Positions 19,303 to 32,298 are shown, counted from the stretch's first letter. The stretch: 64,000 nucleotides of DNA from an uncultured Gemmatimonadales bacterium (GCA_963716255.1 OY970303.1:8032001-8096000); one strand, 5' to 3'. Program-made: numbers and translations. Notes: a model not told the origin generated them from the letters alone.

Positions 19303-21000
19303 ATGCTCCTGCTCCTCGCCGCCTCCGCGGCGGCCCTGGGCTCCCTGTTCGCTCCGTCGCCCTGGAGCGCGGCGCTCGCCGTGGTCACGGGGCTCCTGGC
19401 CGGCGTGTTCGCCGCACCCCTCCTGTCCCGCTCCGCGGCCGCCCGCCCCGCTTCTCCGTCCCCCGCTCCGGAAACCGGCCCTGCGTCCGGGCTGGCCGCC
19501 GCCGAGGGCGACGACCCGGACGTGCTGTCGCGCGAGCTGGAGCTGGTGCGCCTCGCAACCGACGCGCACGAGGCGGCGCTCTGGCGCATGTGGCCGGACG
19601 AGACGCGCGCCACGCTGCTGGGGTGGTCGGCGCTCCCCGGGTACGCGCCGGAGGCGGACGAGATTTCGCTGCTGGGGCACCCCTTCGGGTGGGCGATCAC
19701 GGAGCGGGTGCACGTGCGGCTGGAGCGGGGGCGCAAGCCGCTCCCCACCACCTGGGCCGCGGAGATGCTGCTGGTGCCGGTGGACGCCCCCTCGGGGCTG
19801 CTGGCGCTGGCGTACACCGGCGGCGTCCCCCCGGGCGCGGAGCCGGGCGCGCTGCTGGCGGCCACGCAGCTGGGCGCCATCTCCACGCTGCTGCACCGGC
19901 GCGACGCGGCGGCGCGGACGGAGACCCGCGTGCGCACCCTCTTCGAGGCGGTGCGCAACCTCCCCGGCGAGCTGGACCTGGAGCGCTTCGCGGAGGAGCT
20001 GGGCGAGGCGGTGCGGCGCAGCACCGACGCGGCGGGCGCCGCGGTGGCGACCTGGGACGCGGAGGCGGGACGCGGCGAGATCCTGGGCGTGGTGGGCGAG
20101 GCGCCCGGAAAGGTGGGTCCGGGGCACGCCTTCGCCGACGGCGAGTCGCGGCTGGGGCTGGCGGCGAAGCACGGGGTGGCGCTCTCCTACGGCGACCTGC
20201 GGCGGGAGCGCGACGCCCTGCCGCTGTGCGTCCCCGGCGAGCGCTGGACGGACGTGCCGCGCTCGGCGGCGGTGGTGCCGCTGGCGGCGGACGGGCGGGT
20301 GGTGGGAGTGGTGGCGGCGTGGGACCCGCGCCCGGACCGCATCGGCGAGACCGAGATGGAGTTCCTGCGGCTGCTGGGGGCGCTCGCTCCCCTGCCGCTG
20401 CGGAGCGCGCGGCAGTACGAGGCGCTGGACCGCCGCGCCTCGGAGGACGCGCTCACCGGGCTCCCCAACCGCCGCACCTTCGAGGCGCGCCTGGCGGCGG
20501 CGTCCAGCCACTTCGAGCGCTACCAGCGGCCCTTCTCGCTGCTGATCCTGGACGTGGACCACTTCAAGAAGTTCAACGACACCTGGGGGCACGAGGCGGG
20601 CGACCGGGTGCTGCAGCACGTGGCGGAGCTGGTGCGCGCCTCGGTGCGGGAGGTGGACCTGCCGGCGCGGCTGGGCGGCGAGGAGTTCGTGGTGCTCCTC
20701 CCGGAGACGCCGCTGATGGCGGCGGTGGAAGTGGCGGAGCGGGTGCGCCGGGCGATCGCCGGGAAGCCGGTGGTGTGGCACGGGCGCCCGCTGGAGGTGA
20801 CGGCGTCGCTGGGGGTGGCCACCTGTCCGGAATCGGTGGAATCGCCGGACGAGATGCTCGCCGCCGCGGACGCTGCGCTCTACCGCTCCAAGGGCTCGGG
20901 GCGCAACCGCACCACCGCGGCGCCGCCCGGCGGGGGCTCGGTGGGAACGGGAAAGGGCGGGGACGCCGTCGCGAAAGCCCCCGGCAAGCCGCTCGCATGA
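19303..21000 (+). CDS. Membrane-anchored GAF-GGDEF diguanylate cyclase
   Basis: Two N-terminal TM segments; DALTGLPNRR, DVDHFKKFND, RxxD then RLGGEEF. Confidence 0.9.
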   Translation: MLLLLAASAAALGSLFAPSPWSAALAVVTGLLAGVFAAPLLSRSAAARPASPSPAPETGPASGLAAAEGDDPDVLSRELELVRLATDAHEAALWRMWPDETRATLLGWSALPGYAPEADEISLLGHPFGWAITERVHVRLERGRKPLPTTWAAEMLLVPVDAPSGLLALAYTGGVPPGAEPGALLAATQLGAISTLLHRRDAAARTETRVRTLFEAVRNLPGELDLERFAEELGEAVRRSTDAAGAAVATWDAEAGRGEILGVVGEAPGKVGPGHAFADGESRLGLAAKHGVALSYGDLRRERDALPLCVPGERWTDVPRSAAVVPLAADGRVVGVVAAWDPRPDRIGETEMEFLRLLGALAPLPLRSARQYEALDRRASEDALTGLPNRRTFEARLAAASSHFERYQRPFSLLILDVDHFKKFNDTWGHEAGDRVLQHVAELVRASVREVDLPARLGGEEFVVLLPETPLMAAVEVAERVRRAIAGKPVVWHGRPLEVTASLGVATCPESVESPDEMLAAADAALYRSKGSGRNRTTAAPPGGGSVGTGKGGDAVAKAPGKPLA

Positions 21001-21037
21001 CCGCTCGCCGCAACGACTTGGCGGTTCCGGCGAGGGG

Positions 21038-21066
21038 TTGACACGGGACGGCGGGAGGGCTAGATT
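21038..21066 (+). promoter_or_regulatory. sigma70 promoter of tmRNA
   Basis: TTGACA-17 bp-TAGATT. Confidence 0.75.
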
Positions 21067-21094
21067 GGTCTCGTCGTTTGACAACACGGGTTCT

Positions 21095-21466
21095 GGGGAT
21101 GTCATGGTTTCGACGTGTATGGTGAAGCCATAGCAGCGTGCCGAGGTTCCAGACACCTCGTTAAGCCTCTGGAAAACTAGTAACCGCGAACGACAACTTC
21201 GCTCTGGCTGCGTAAGTAGAATCCCTTCGGGGAATCCTTACCACCCGGTCGTTGATCAGCCCCGCCGGAGGCGGGTCAACGGGCGTCGCTAAAATCGGGC
21301 TGGTCTACCTGAGTGTCGTGGCAGGGTAGACGAGACTTACACGGCTGGTTCGCGATGGGCCTTCCACCGGCCGATGAGCGGGCGAGGAGAAAAGAACGGT
21401 GGAATACGCACGTAGACGCTGTGGGGGATCTGTAGGCGGACAGGGGTTCGACTCCCCTCATCTCCA
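21095..21466 (+). ncRNA. ssrA: tmRNA; tag peptide ANDNFALAA* at 21186-21215
   Basis: 5' GGGGATG...TTCGAC; 3' T-arm AGGGGTTCGACTCCCCT; acceptor strand CATCTCC-A; tag ORF ending in ALAA. Confidence 0.96.
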
Positions 21467-21472
21467 CTCCAC

Positions 21473-21513
21473 GAAAAGGCCGGCCCGGGCGACATGCCCG
21501 GGCCGGCCTTTTC
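21473..21513 (+). terminator. Intrinsic terminator after ssrA (bidirectional form)
   Basis: GAAAAGGCCGGCCCGGGC-gacat-GCCCGGGCCGGCCTTTTC. Confidence 0.85.
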
Positions 21514-21774
21514 GTGTTCCGGACCCTGGCGCCGGCGGCCGGCCGGGAGGAAACCCGTGTGCGTCGGGCACGTCGGTCCCTCATCGGGTGGCCCCGCTGT
21601 ACTCCCGCCGGTCAAAACGGGCCACGGACCGGGCAATGTAACGATGTGGACACCGCCAACGCGCGGAGCGCACTTCTTGCGTCTTTGCTTGCGCCGCCTT
21701 CTCCCGCGCGCACGCATGGGGAAGCCGGCATGCCCCGTGCGCGCGACCTGAACGGGCATTCCCACGCCCTCGCC

Positions 21775-24330
<2,556 letters not shown>

Positions 24331-24495
24331 TCCTCGTCGGATGCGCACGATTCACGCGTTGGCGAAGCGACTGCACGCGCGATTTACCTGCCGGGGTAAA
24401 CCCACGTCCCGCAGGAGGTTGCAGGATCTCCGACCGGGAGTCGGCAGGCGGCGGCCACGGCGACCCGGGTCCCGGCCGAGGTCAGGCATGGAGTC

Positions 24496-24628
24496 GCGTG
24501 AGGGATTCCGGCCCGGAGGGGCGAGACCCGGCGAGGCTGTTTCCGCCGGGGCTCGACTCCGTTACGCACGGTTTTATCGTGCGTTACGGAGCCGAAGCCC
24601 GACCCCGGCGCCAGCCGGGGGCACGCCC
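24496..24628 (-). repeat. Dispersed structured element, copy 4
   Basis: Inner hairpin ACGCACG-ATAAAAC-CGTGCGT. Confidence 0.9.
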
Positions 24629-24657
24629 GACCGCGTATTCCCGAGCCGTTCAACCTC

Positions 24658-25209
24658 ATGGTGGAGATGAACACTGGACCCGTTTCCGATCCCCGCGGCC
24701 GCATCGAGGTGGTGCAGGCGGACATCACCACGCTCGAGGTGGACGCCATCGTCAACGCGGCGAACACCTCGCTGCTGGGCGGCGGCGGCGTGGACGGCGC
24801 GATCCACCGGGCTGCGGGGCCCGGGCTGGTGCAGGAGTGCCGGACGCTGGGCGGCTGCCGGGCGGGCGAGGCGAAGCTCACATTGGGACACCGACTCCCA
24901 GCCCGTCATGTAATCCATACCGTGGGGCCCGTGTGGCAGGGCGGCGGGGCGGGGGAAGACGAGCTGCTGCAAAGCTGCTACCGCAATTCGTTGCAGCTCG
25001 CGGCGGATCACGGACTTCGCTCGGTCGCCTTCCCGGCGGTCAGCACCGGCGTCTACGGGTTCCCGGCGCAGCGCGCGGCGGGGATCGCCGTCCGCGAAGT
25101 GATGAGCTTTCTTGGGGATAACCCTTTCCCCGAGCGCGTGGTGCTGGTGGCTTTCGGAGGCGACGCCCTTCGAGCGTACTTGACGGCGCTCTCCGGAAAC
25201 ATTATATGA
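24658..25209 (+). CDS. Macro-domain protein (O-acetyl-ADP-ribose deacetylase, YmdB-like)
   Basis: [38 protein letters not shown]. Confidence 0.93.
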   Translation: MVEMNTGPVSDPRGRIEVVQADITTLEVDAIVNAANTSLLGGGGVDGAIHRAAGPGLVQECRTLGGCRAGEAKLTLGHRLPARHVIHTVGPVWQGGGAGEDELLQSCYRNSLQLAADHGLRSVAFPAVSTGVYGFPAQRAAGIAVREVMSFLGDNPFPERVVLVAFGGDALRAYLTALSGNII

Positions 25210-25314
25210 ACCGCTACACACATTACCGTGGTAGGCGTGTCCACCCCGATCCGGCGGGCTCCGCACGGGTGCATCTCCAGGCTGCACGCGGCGAGGGCAA
25301 GCGAGGAGTGCGCA

Positions 25315-25830
25315 ATGAGCGACATTTCGGAGGCGAAGGTGCTGCTCGACGAGATCAACACGGCGATCTCGAGCTACGACCCGGTCCTGAAGGAAAAGGC
25401 CCGAGACATCCTGCTGGAGCGCGCCTTCGGCTCGTCGGAGGCGGCGCCGTCCGCCGGCTCGTCGGCGCCGCGCACGCGCGGCCGCCCCCGCGCCGACGCT
25501 TCCTCCGGCGGCCGGGAAGATGCAGGCGACCTGGCCTCGCTCCTCACCCGCTGGTCGCCCACCACCATGTCCGACAAGGCGCTCCTGGGGGCGTACTACC
25601 TGACCCGCGCGCGCGGCGAGGATACGGTGACCAGCCAGGCGATCAACACCGAGCTGAAGCGCAACGGGCTGGCCATCAGCAACATCACCCGCGCGATCGA
25701 GGCGAACATGCGCCCCGACCGTCCGCTGATGGTGCAGGAAAAGAAGATGGGGAGCACCAAGCAGGCGCGGAAGCAGTACCGGATCACGCCGGCAGGCGTG
25801 GAAACGGTGGAGCGCAAGCTGCAGGGCTGA
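25315..25830 (+). CDS. Hypothetical protein with a probable C-terminal winged-helix DNA-binding domain
   Basis: GAGGAG RBS; TSQAINTELK...SNITRAIE...YRITPAG. Confidence 0.6.
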   Translation: MSDISEAKVLLDEINTAISSYDPVLKEKARDILLERAFGSSEAAPSAGSSAPRTRGRPRADASSGGREDAGDLASLLTRWSPTTMSDKALLGAYYLTRARGEDTVTSQAINTELKRNGLAISNITRAIEANMRPDRPLMVQEKKMGSTKQARKQYRITPAGVETVERKLQG

Positions 25831-25851
25831 CCCCCGGCGGAAGCGGGCGGT

Positions 25852-25893
25852 CGCGGGCCGATGGGAGCTTTCCCGCCGGCCCGCTCTTTTTTT
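25852..25893 (+). terminator. Intrinsic terminator
   Basis: GCGGGCCG...CGGCCCGC followed by tc and a T-run. Confidence 0.65.
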
Positions 25894-25981
25894 GCCAGGA
25901 ACGTTCCTGACGGGGAGCGTCGGCGTGTCCCCAAGGAACCCGCTCTTTGCCCCACGCGGCGCGCACCCCTACATTTTCGCG

Positions 25982-27262
25982 ATGCCGATCCCCACCGAAC
26001 GTGCCCGGGAGATCGCGGAGCGCCTCAGCCGCGGCGCCGCGCCCGAAGCACTCCAGGGACGCCTCGCGTCCACCCCTTCGTCCGAAAGGGCGGTCCCCGC
26101 CGGCCTCCCCCACCCGTTCTCGTGGACGGCGGAGGCGCGGGAGGCCCGCATCGCCTTCCTGGAGGCGCGCGGCATCTCCGTCCCCGTCCTCGCGGGGCGC
26201 GAGCCGTCGGCGGAGCCGGAGGCGCTGCAGGGGTGCATCGAGTCGTACGTGGGGATGACGCAGGTTCCCACCGGCGTGGTGGGGCCGCTGCGCGTCAACG
26301 GGCTCCACGCGCACGGCGACTTCTACGTCCCGCTCGCCACCTCGGAGGGGGCGCTGGTGGCGAGCTACGGCCGCGGGGCGCGGCTGATCACCCTGTCCGG
26401 CGGGGCGGCGGCGATGGTGACCACCGAGCAGGTGCAGCGCGCGCCCGTGTTCGTGTTCGAGACCATCTCCGAGGCGATCCTCTTCGCGGCGTGGGCGGTG
26501 GACCAGGTGGAGCACTTCCGCGAGGTGGCGGAGTCGCGCACGCGCCACGGCCGGCTGCTGGACGTGATGACGCACGTGGAGGCCAACCACGTGTACCTGA
26601 TCTGCGCCTTCCACACCGGCGACGCGGCGGGGCAGAACATGGTGACCTTCTGCACGGCGGCGGTGTGCGAGGCCATCCTGGAGGGGACGCCGGTGCAGCC
26701 GCGCTCGTGGTACCTAGAGTCCAACATGTCGGGCGACAAGAAGGCAAACGCCCTCAGCTTCCTGCAGACGCGCGGCCGCAACACCATGGCCGAGGTGGTG
26801 CTCCCCCGGGCGCTGGTGGAGCGGGGGCTGCGCACCACCCCCGAGCGCATGGCCGAGTACTGGCGACTGTCCTTCGTGGGCGGGGTGCAGACGGGCTCCA
26901 TCGGCGTCAGCGGGCACGTCGCCAACGGCATCGCGGCGCTCTTCCTGGCGTGCGGGCAGGACGTGGCGTGCGTCAGCGAGGCGAGCGTGGGCGTCACCCG
27001 CATGGAGCTCACCGACGCGGGCGGCCTGTACTGCGCCGTCACCCTCCCCAACCTGATCGTGGGCACGGTGGGCGGCGGGACCCGGCTCCCCACCGCGCAG
27101 GAGTGCCTGCGGATGATGGACTGCCTGGGCGACGGGCGCGCCTCCAAGTTCGCGGAGATCTGCGCGGCCACGGTGCTCGGCGGGGAGATCTCCATCGTGG
27201 GGGCGCTGTGCGCGGGCGACTTCGCCTCGGCGCACGAGCGCCTGGGGCGGATGAAGGGGTAG
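25982..27262 (+). CDS. Class I HMG-CoA reductase-like protein
   Basis: ESYVG, PLATSEGALVAS, TGDAAGQNM, SGDKK, ACGQD, GTVGGGT, C-terminal AH. Confidence 0.88.
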   Translation: MPIPTERAREIAERLSRGAAPEALQGRLASTPSSERAVPAGLPHPFSWTAEAREARIAFLEARGISVPVLAGREPSAEPEALQGCIESYVGMTQVPTGVVGPLRVNGLHAHGDFYVPLATSEGALVASYGRGARLITLSGGAAAMVTTEQVQRAPVFVFETISEAILFAAWAVDQVEHFREVAESRTRHGRLLDVMTHVEANHVYLICAFHTGDAAGQNMVTFCTAAVCEAILEGTPVQPRSWYLESNMSGDKKANALSFLQTRGRNTMAEVVLPRALVERGLRTTPERMAEYWRLSFVGGVQTGSIGVSGHVANGIAALFLACGQDVACVSEASVGVTRMELTDAGGLYCAVTLPNLIVGTVGGGTRLPTAQECLRMMDCLGDGRASKFAEICAATVLGGEISIVGALCAGDFASAHERLGRMKG

Positions 27263-27264
27263 GG

Positions 27265-28254
27265 GTGGACGCCGCCGGGGCTCCGCCCGCCGCGGGGAAG
27301 GCGCCGCACTCGAAAGGCGGCGCGTCGCTCCCGCGCCGCATGGCCGCCTACCAGGCCGAGCGCTTCCCGCTGGCGGCGTACGTCCCGCTGATCGCGGTCT
27401 TCACCTTTTCGGCCGCGGCGTACTCGCGGCTGGCGCGCGGCGCGCCGGGGTTCGTCCCGGCGGGCCGCTTCCTGGTGGGCGCGTTCACCGCGCTGGTGTT
27501 CTTCTTCATGCTCCGCGTGCTGGACGAGCACAAGGACGCGGAGGTGGACCGCCGCTTCCGCCCGGAGCTCCCGGTCCCCCGCGGGCTGGTGTCGCTGGCC
27601 GAGCTGCGCGCCGTGGGCGGCGGGGCGCTGGCGCTGGCCGTGCTGCTGAACGCGCTCGCCGCGCCCGTCCTGCTGTGGGCGATCCTCGCGGTCGCGGCGT
27701 GGGCGGCGCTGATGACCCGGGAGTTCTTCGTCCCGCGCTGGCTGCGCGCCCACATGGCGGCGTACCTGGTCACCCACATGGCGATCATGCCCATGATCGA
27801 CGGGTACACCACGGGGCTGGACTGGCTGGCGGAGGGCGCGGACGCCCCCGCCGGCCTGGGCCTGTTCCTGCTGGTCACCTTCCTCAACGGCATCGTCATC
27901 GAGATCGGCCGGAAGATCCGCGCGCCCGGCGGCGAGCGCGAGGGCGTGGACACCTACACCTCCGCCTGGGGGACGCGCCGCGCGCCGCTGGCGTGGCTGG
28001 CGACGCTCGCCGCGACGGCGGCGACCGCCTGGCTCGCCGCGCGCCACGTGGGGATCGGCGGGATCGCGGCGGCGCTCCTCGCGGTGGCGGCGCTGGCGGC
28101 TGCGGCGCCCGCGCTGCGCTTCCTGCGCGCCCCCGATGCCCGCTCGGCGCGGGGGATCGAGACGGCCGCCGGGGCATGGACCATCGCCATGTACCTGCTG
28201 CTGGGCGCGGGGCCGTTCGTGGCGCGCTGGCTGGGAGGGCGGCTTGGCGGCTGA
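27265..28254 (+). CDS. UbiA-superfamily membrane prenyltransferase-like protein
   Basis: Multi-TM; RVLDEHKDAEVDRRFRPELPVPRG (Asp-rich motif); EIGRK...EREGVDTY. Confidence 0.78.
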   Translation: MDAAGAPPAAGKAPHSKGGASLPRRMAAYQAERFPLAAYVPLIAVFTFSAAAYSRLARGAPGFVPAGRFLVGAFTALVFFFMLRVLDEHKDAEVDRRFRPELPVPRGLVSLAELRAVGGGALALAVLLNALAAPVLLWAILAVAAWAALMTREFFVPRWLRAHMAAYLVTHMAIMPMIDGYTTGLDWLAEGADAPAGLGLFLLVTFLNGIVIEIGRKIRAPGGEREGVDTYTSAWGTRRAPLAWLATLAATAATAWLAARHVGIGGIAAALLAVAALAAAAPALRFLRAPDARSARGIETAAGAWTIAMYLLLGAGPFVARWLGGRLGG

Positions 28255-30970
28255 CGCCGTGGCTGGCCGCCTCGTGCTGTCCGCCGCGGAGGCGGAGGCC
28301 GCCGGCCCGGCGGTGGTGGGCGGCAAGGCGTACAACCTGGCCCGGCTGGCCGCGACGGGCGTGCGCGTCCCCGGCTGGGTGGTGGTCGCCGCGGACGCGT
28401 TCGATTCCATCGCGCTCGCCGGCCGCGACGTCCCGGCGACGCCGGGCGAGGCGGACGCCGTCCGCGCCATCGTCGCCACCCGAGCGCTCCCCGCGGACTT
28501 CGTGGGCGAGGTGGCCCGCGCGCTCGGCGCCGCCGGGCTCGCCGGTGCCCGCCTGGCGGTGCGCTCCTCCGCAACCTCGGAGGACGGCGCGGCGGCCTCC
28601 TTCGCCGGCCAGTTCGACACCGTGCTCGGCGTCCCGTCGGACGACGCGGGCGCGCTCGCCGACGCGCTCCGCGCGGTGTGGGCGTCCGCCTTCAGCGCGC
28701 ACGCGCTCGCGTACGGCGCGGCCGGCGTGCGCATGGCCGTGGTCCTGCAGGCGCTGGTGGAGCCGGAGGTGTCGGGCGTGGGCTTCTCGGCGGACCCCGT
28801 CACCGGGCGGCGCGAGGTCGTGGTGGTGAGCGCCGTCTACGGGCTGGGCGAGGGGCTGGTGAGCGGCGAGCTGGACGCGGACACCTTCCACTGCGCCGCG
28901 GTGGAGGGTGGGGAGGACGAGGTGCGGGCGACGCTCGCGCACAAGGACCGCGCCGTGCGCCCCGCCGCCGCCGGGACGGCAACGGTCCCCGTCGACGAGG
29001 CGCTGCGCGACGCGCCGTCGCTGGCGGACGGCGAGGTGCGCGCCGTCGCGGCGGCGCTGCGCGGGCTGGAGCGGGCGCTGGGCGCGCCGCAGGACGTGGA
29101 GTGGGCGCTCGCCCCGGCGGACGGGAGCCCGCGCGCGCTGTTCATCCTCCAGGCGCGGCCCATCACCACGCTCGGCCCGCCGCCTCCGGACGCGCGGGCC
29201 GCCCCGCCCGCGGCGCCGCGGACGGGGGAGCGGCGCATCTGGGACAACAGCAACATCGTGGAAAGCTACGCGGGCGTCACCACGCCGCTGACCTTCAGCT
29301 TCGCGCGCAGCGTCTACGAGGACGTGTACCGCCAGTTCTGCGGCATGGTGGGGGTGGAGGACGCGCTGGTGGAGCGGAACCGGCACGTCTTCGCCAACAT
29401 GCTGGGGCTGGTGCGCGGGCGCGTCTACTACAACCTGCTCAACTGGTACCGCACGCTGGCGCTGCTCCCCGGCTTCGCCCTGAACCGCGCCTTCATGGAG
29501 CGGATGATGGGGGTGCGCGAGAAGCTGGACGACCCGCCGGAGGCGCCCCGCGCGGCCTCGCCCGCGCGGGACGCGCTGCGCGTCGCGCGGATGCTGCGCA
29601 AGCTCGCGTCGGCGAACGGCGGCCTGGCGCGCGAGGTGCCCGCCTTTCACGCGCGGGTGGACGCCGCGCTGGCGCCGCTCCTGCGCGAGGACTTCGCCGC
29701 CTGGGACGCGGACGCGCTGCTGGCGCTGTACCGGCGGCTGGAGGAGGAGCTGTTGCGCCACTGGCAGACGCCGCTGGTCAACGACTTCTTCGCCATGATC
29801 TGGTTCGGCGTGCTGGGCCGCCTGACCGAGAAGTGGCTCCCCGACTCGCCGCCCACGCTGGTGAACGACCTGCTGGCCGGCGAGGGCGGGATCGTTTCCA
29901 CGGAGCCGGCCCGGCGCGTCATGGCGCTGGCCCGCGACGTGGCGGCGGACCCGGCGCTCCGCGCCGCCTTCGACCGCGTGGCCGACGACCGGGCGCTGTG
30001 GCGCGAGATCGACTCCGCGGACGAGCTGCGCCCGCTGCGGGAGGCGATGCGCGCGTACCTGGAAAAGTTCGGCGACCGCTGCACCAACGAGCTGAAGCTG
30101 GAAACGGTGACGCTGGGCGAGAGCCCGGACTTCCTGGTGCAGATGGTTCGCAGCTACCTGCGCTCGGGGACGACCGACCCGGACGCCGGCCGCGAGCGCG
30201 AGCGGGAGATCCGCCGCGCGGCGGAAGCCCGCGTGCGCGCGTCGCTGCGCGGCCCGCGCCATGGCGTGTTCATGGGCGTGCTGCGGCGCACGCGCGAGCG
30301 GGTGCGCGACCGCGAGAACCTGCGCTTCGAGCGCACGCGCGTCTTCGGGGTGGTGCGGCGCATCTTCGTGGGGATCGGCGCGCGCCTGGCCGGGGCGGGG
30401 CTGCTGCGCGAGCCGCGCGACGTGTTCTGGCTGCGGGTGGAGGAGGTGTTCGGCACGCTGGACGGCACCTCGACGGCGGGCGACCTGCGCGCGCTTGTGG
30501 AGCAGAGGAAGGCGGAGTTCGCGGCCTACGAGCGGGGGCCCGCGCCCCCGGAGCGCTTCGAGACGTACGGCCCGCCCTCGCTCGCCTGGTCCGCGCTCGG
30601 CGCCGCGGGGCCGGCGGTGGACGCCGACGCGGCGATGCTCGCGGGCACCGGCTGCTGCCCCGGCGTGGTGCGCGCCCGGGTGCGCCTGGTCACGGACCCG
30701 CGCGAGGCGGGCGAGCTGGACGGGCGCATCCTGGTGGCGGAGCGCACCGACCCGGGGTGGACGCTGCTCTTCCCCCCGGCGTCGGGGCTGCTGGTGCAGC
30801 GCGGCAGCCTGCTCAGCCACTCGGCGATCGTCGCGCGGGAGATGGGGCTCCCCTGCATCGTCGGCATCCCCGGGCTGATGGCGACGCTGGCGGACGGCGA
30901 GATGGTGGAGATGGACGGCGCCACCGGCGTGGTGAGGCGCCTGGAGCGCGCGGACGCCCATGGCGGCTGA
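28244..30970 (+). CDS. PEP-synthase / rifampicin-phosphotransferase / PigC-like dikinase (ATP-grasp, substrate domain, His swivel)
   Basis: GGKAYNL, AVRSSATSED, SFAGQF, QDVEWA, LQARPIT, LSHSAIVARE; GGAGG before the TTG. Confidence 0.9.
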   Translation: MAADAVAGRLVLSAAEAEAAGPAVVGGKAYNLARLAATGVRVPGWVVVAADAFDSIALAGRDVPATPGEADAVRAIVATRALPADFVGEVARALGAAGLAGARLAVRSSATSEDGAAASFAGQFDTVLGVPSDDAGALADALRAVWASAFSAHALAYGAAGVRMAVVLQALVEPEVSGVGFSADPVTGRREVVVVSAVYGLGEGLVSGELDADTFHCAAVEGGEDEVRATLAHKDRAVRPAAAGTATVPVDEALRDAPSLADGEVRAVAAALRGLERALGAPQDVEWALAPADGSPRALFILQARPITTLGPPPPDARAAPPAAPRTGERRIWDNSNIVESYAGVTTPLTFSFARSVYEDVYRQFCGMVGVEDALVERNRHVFANMLGLVRGRVYYNLLNWYRTLALLPGFALNRAFMERMMGVREKLDDPPEAPRAASPARDALRVARMLRKLASANGGLAREVPAFHARVDAALAPLLREDFAAWDADALLALYRRLEEELLRHWQTPLVNDFFAMIWFGVLGRLTEKWLPDSPPTLVNDLLAGEGGIVSTEPARRVMALARDVAADPALRAAFDRVADDRALWREIDSADELRPLREAMRAYLEKFGDRCTNELKLETVTLGESPDFLVQMVRSYLRSGTTDPDAGREREREIRRAAEARVRASLRGPRHGVFMGVLRRTRERVRDRENLRFERTRVFGVVRRIFVGIGARLAGAGLLREPRDVFWLRVEEVFGTLDGTSTAGDLRALVEQRKAEFAAYERGPAPPERFETYGPPSLAWSALGAAGPAVDADAAMLAGTGCCPGVVRARVRLVTDPREAGELDGRILVAERTDPGWTLLFPPASGLLVQRGSLLSHSAIVAREMGLPCIVGIPGLMATLADGEMVEMDGATGVVRRLERADAHGG

Positions 30971-32057
30971 GCGCAGCGGGCGCGACCGCGCGGCGTGGGA
31001 CTTCATCCGCTACGCCGGCGTGTGGGAGGACGCGGACCTGCTCTGCGAGGCGCTGGCCCCCGCGGCGGCCGGCGGGCGCCTGCTCTCGGTGGCCTCGGCG
31101 GGGGACAACGCGCTCGCGCTGCTGACGCTGGACCCGGCGGAGGTGGTGGCGGTGGACCTGAACCCCGCGCAGCTGGCCTGCGTGGAGCTGCGCATGGCCG
31201 CCTTCCGCCGCCTGGAGCACGCGGACGTCCTCGCCTTCCTGGGCGTGGCGGAGTCCGGCGGGCGCGCGGACACGTACCGCCGCCTCCGCGGCTACCTTTC
31301 GCCCGGCGCGCGCGACTTCTGGGACGCGCACCCGGAGACGGTGGCGGGCGGCGTGGTGCACGCGGGCAAGTTCGAGCGCTACCTGCGCTCCTTCCGCCGC
31401 TTCGTGCTGCCGCTGGTGCACTCCGGGCGCACCATCCAGGCGCTGCGCGCGCCGCGCACGACCGAGGAGCAGCGCGCCTTCTACGCGCGCGAGTGGGACA
31501 CCTGGCGCTGGCGGGGGATGTTCCGGCTGTTCTTCAGCCGCGCGGTGATGGGGCGGCTGGGGCGCGACCCGGCGCTCTTCGACCACGTGGGCGGCGTGTC
31601 CACCGGCGACCGGATCCTGGCGCGCACCCGCTACGCGCTGACCGAGCTGCCGGTGCGCTCCAACCCGTACTGCGCCTACATCATGACGGGGACGTACCCG
31701 CCGGAGGCGCTGCCGCGCTACCTGCGCCCGGAGCACTTCGACGCCATCCGCGCCCGGCTGGACCGCGTGCGCCCGGTGCTCGGCGGCGTGGAGACCACGG
31801 AAGGCCCCTTCCACGGCTTCAACCTGTCGGACGTGTTCGAGTACATGGACGGCGCCGAGCACGCTCGCGTCTACGCCGCGCTGGTGGACCGCGCGGCGCC
31901 CGGCGCGCGCCTGGCCTACTGGAACATGATGGCCCGCCGCGCCCGCCCCGACGCGGAGGCCGGCCGCGTGCGCCGCCTGGAAGCGGAGGCGAAAGCGCTG
32001 CACGCGCGGGACAGGGCGTGGTTCTACTCGGCGTTCCACCTGGACGAGGTGACGTGA
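30960..32057 (+). CDS. DUF3419 / BtaA-like SAM-dependent 3-amino-3-carboxypropyltransferase
   Basis: YAGVWED, VASAGDNAL, VDLNPAQ, LSDVFEYM, DRAWFY. Confidence 0.8.
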   Translation: MAAERSGRDRAAWDFIRYAGVWEDADLLCEALAPAAAGGRLLSVASAGDNALALLTLDPAEVVAVDLNPAQLACVELRMAAFRRLEHADVLAFLGVAESGGRADTYRRLRGYLSPGARDFWDAHPETVAGGVVHAGKFERYLRSFRRFVLPLVHSGRTIQALRAPRTTEEQRAFYAREWDTWRWRGMFRLFFSRAVMGRLGRDPALFDHVGGVSTGDRILARTRYALTELPVRSNPYCAYIMTGTYPPEALPRYLRPEHFDAIRARLDRVRPVLGGVETTEGPFHGFNLSDVFEYMDGAEHARVYAALVDRAAPGARLAYWNMMARRARPDAEAGRVRRLEAEAKALHARDRAWFYSAFHLDEVT

Positions 32058-32298
32058 GCGCGGCCCGCGGGACCCCCCTCCCCCCGGCCCCCTCCCCCGC
32101 AAGGGGGGAGGGGGAGAACGACGGCGCGCTTCGGTGGGTTCCGTGGTCGGGGCCGGCCGTGGGACGCTCCTCAGACCTCCCGACACAGGTCGCAACGGCG
32201 ACGACCCCGGAACGACAGGAAACCCTCCCCCAGCATCGGGGGAGGGTGGCGAGCCTGAGCGAGCCGGGTGGGGGCCCGCGGACGCCAGCGCGATGCCC

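Noticed and set aside
21466..21471. tmRNA 3' end reads A-CTCCA rather than A-CCA
   Set aside because: A non-encoded CCA is common and is added post-transcriptionally; not evidence of a defect.
25271..25280. CATCTCCA as an attR copy of the tmRNA 3' end
   Set aside because: Only an 8-nt match and no integrase nearby; expected by chance.
28244..30970. Rifampicin resistance phosphotransferase or gluconeogenic PEP synthase
   Set aside because: It shares the Rph domain order but is translationally coupled within a biosynthetic cluster, and it lacks the C-terminal PEP/pyruvate barrel of PpsA.
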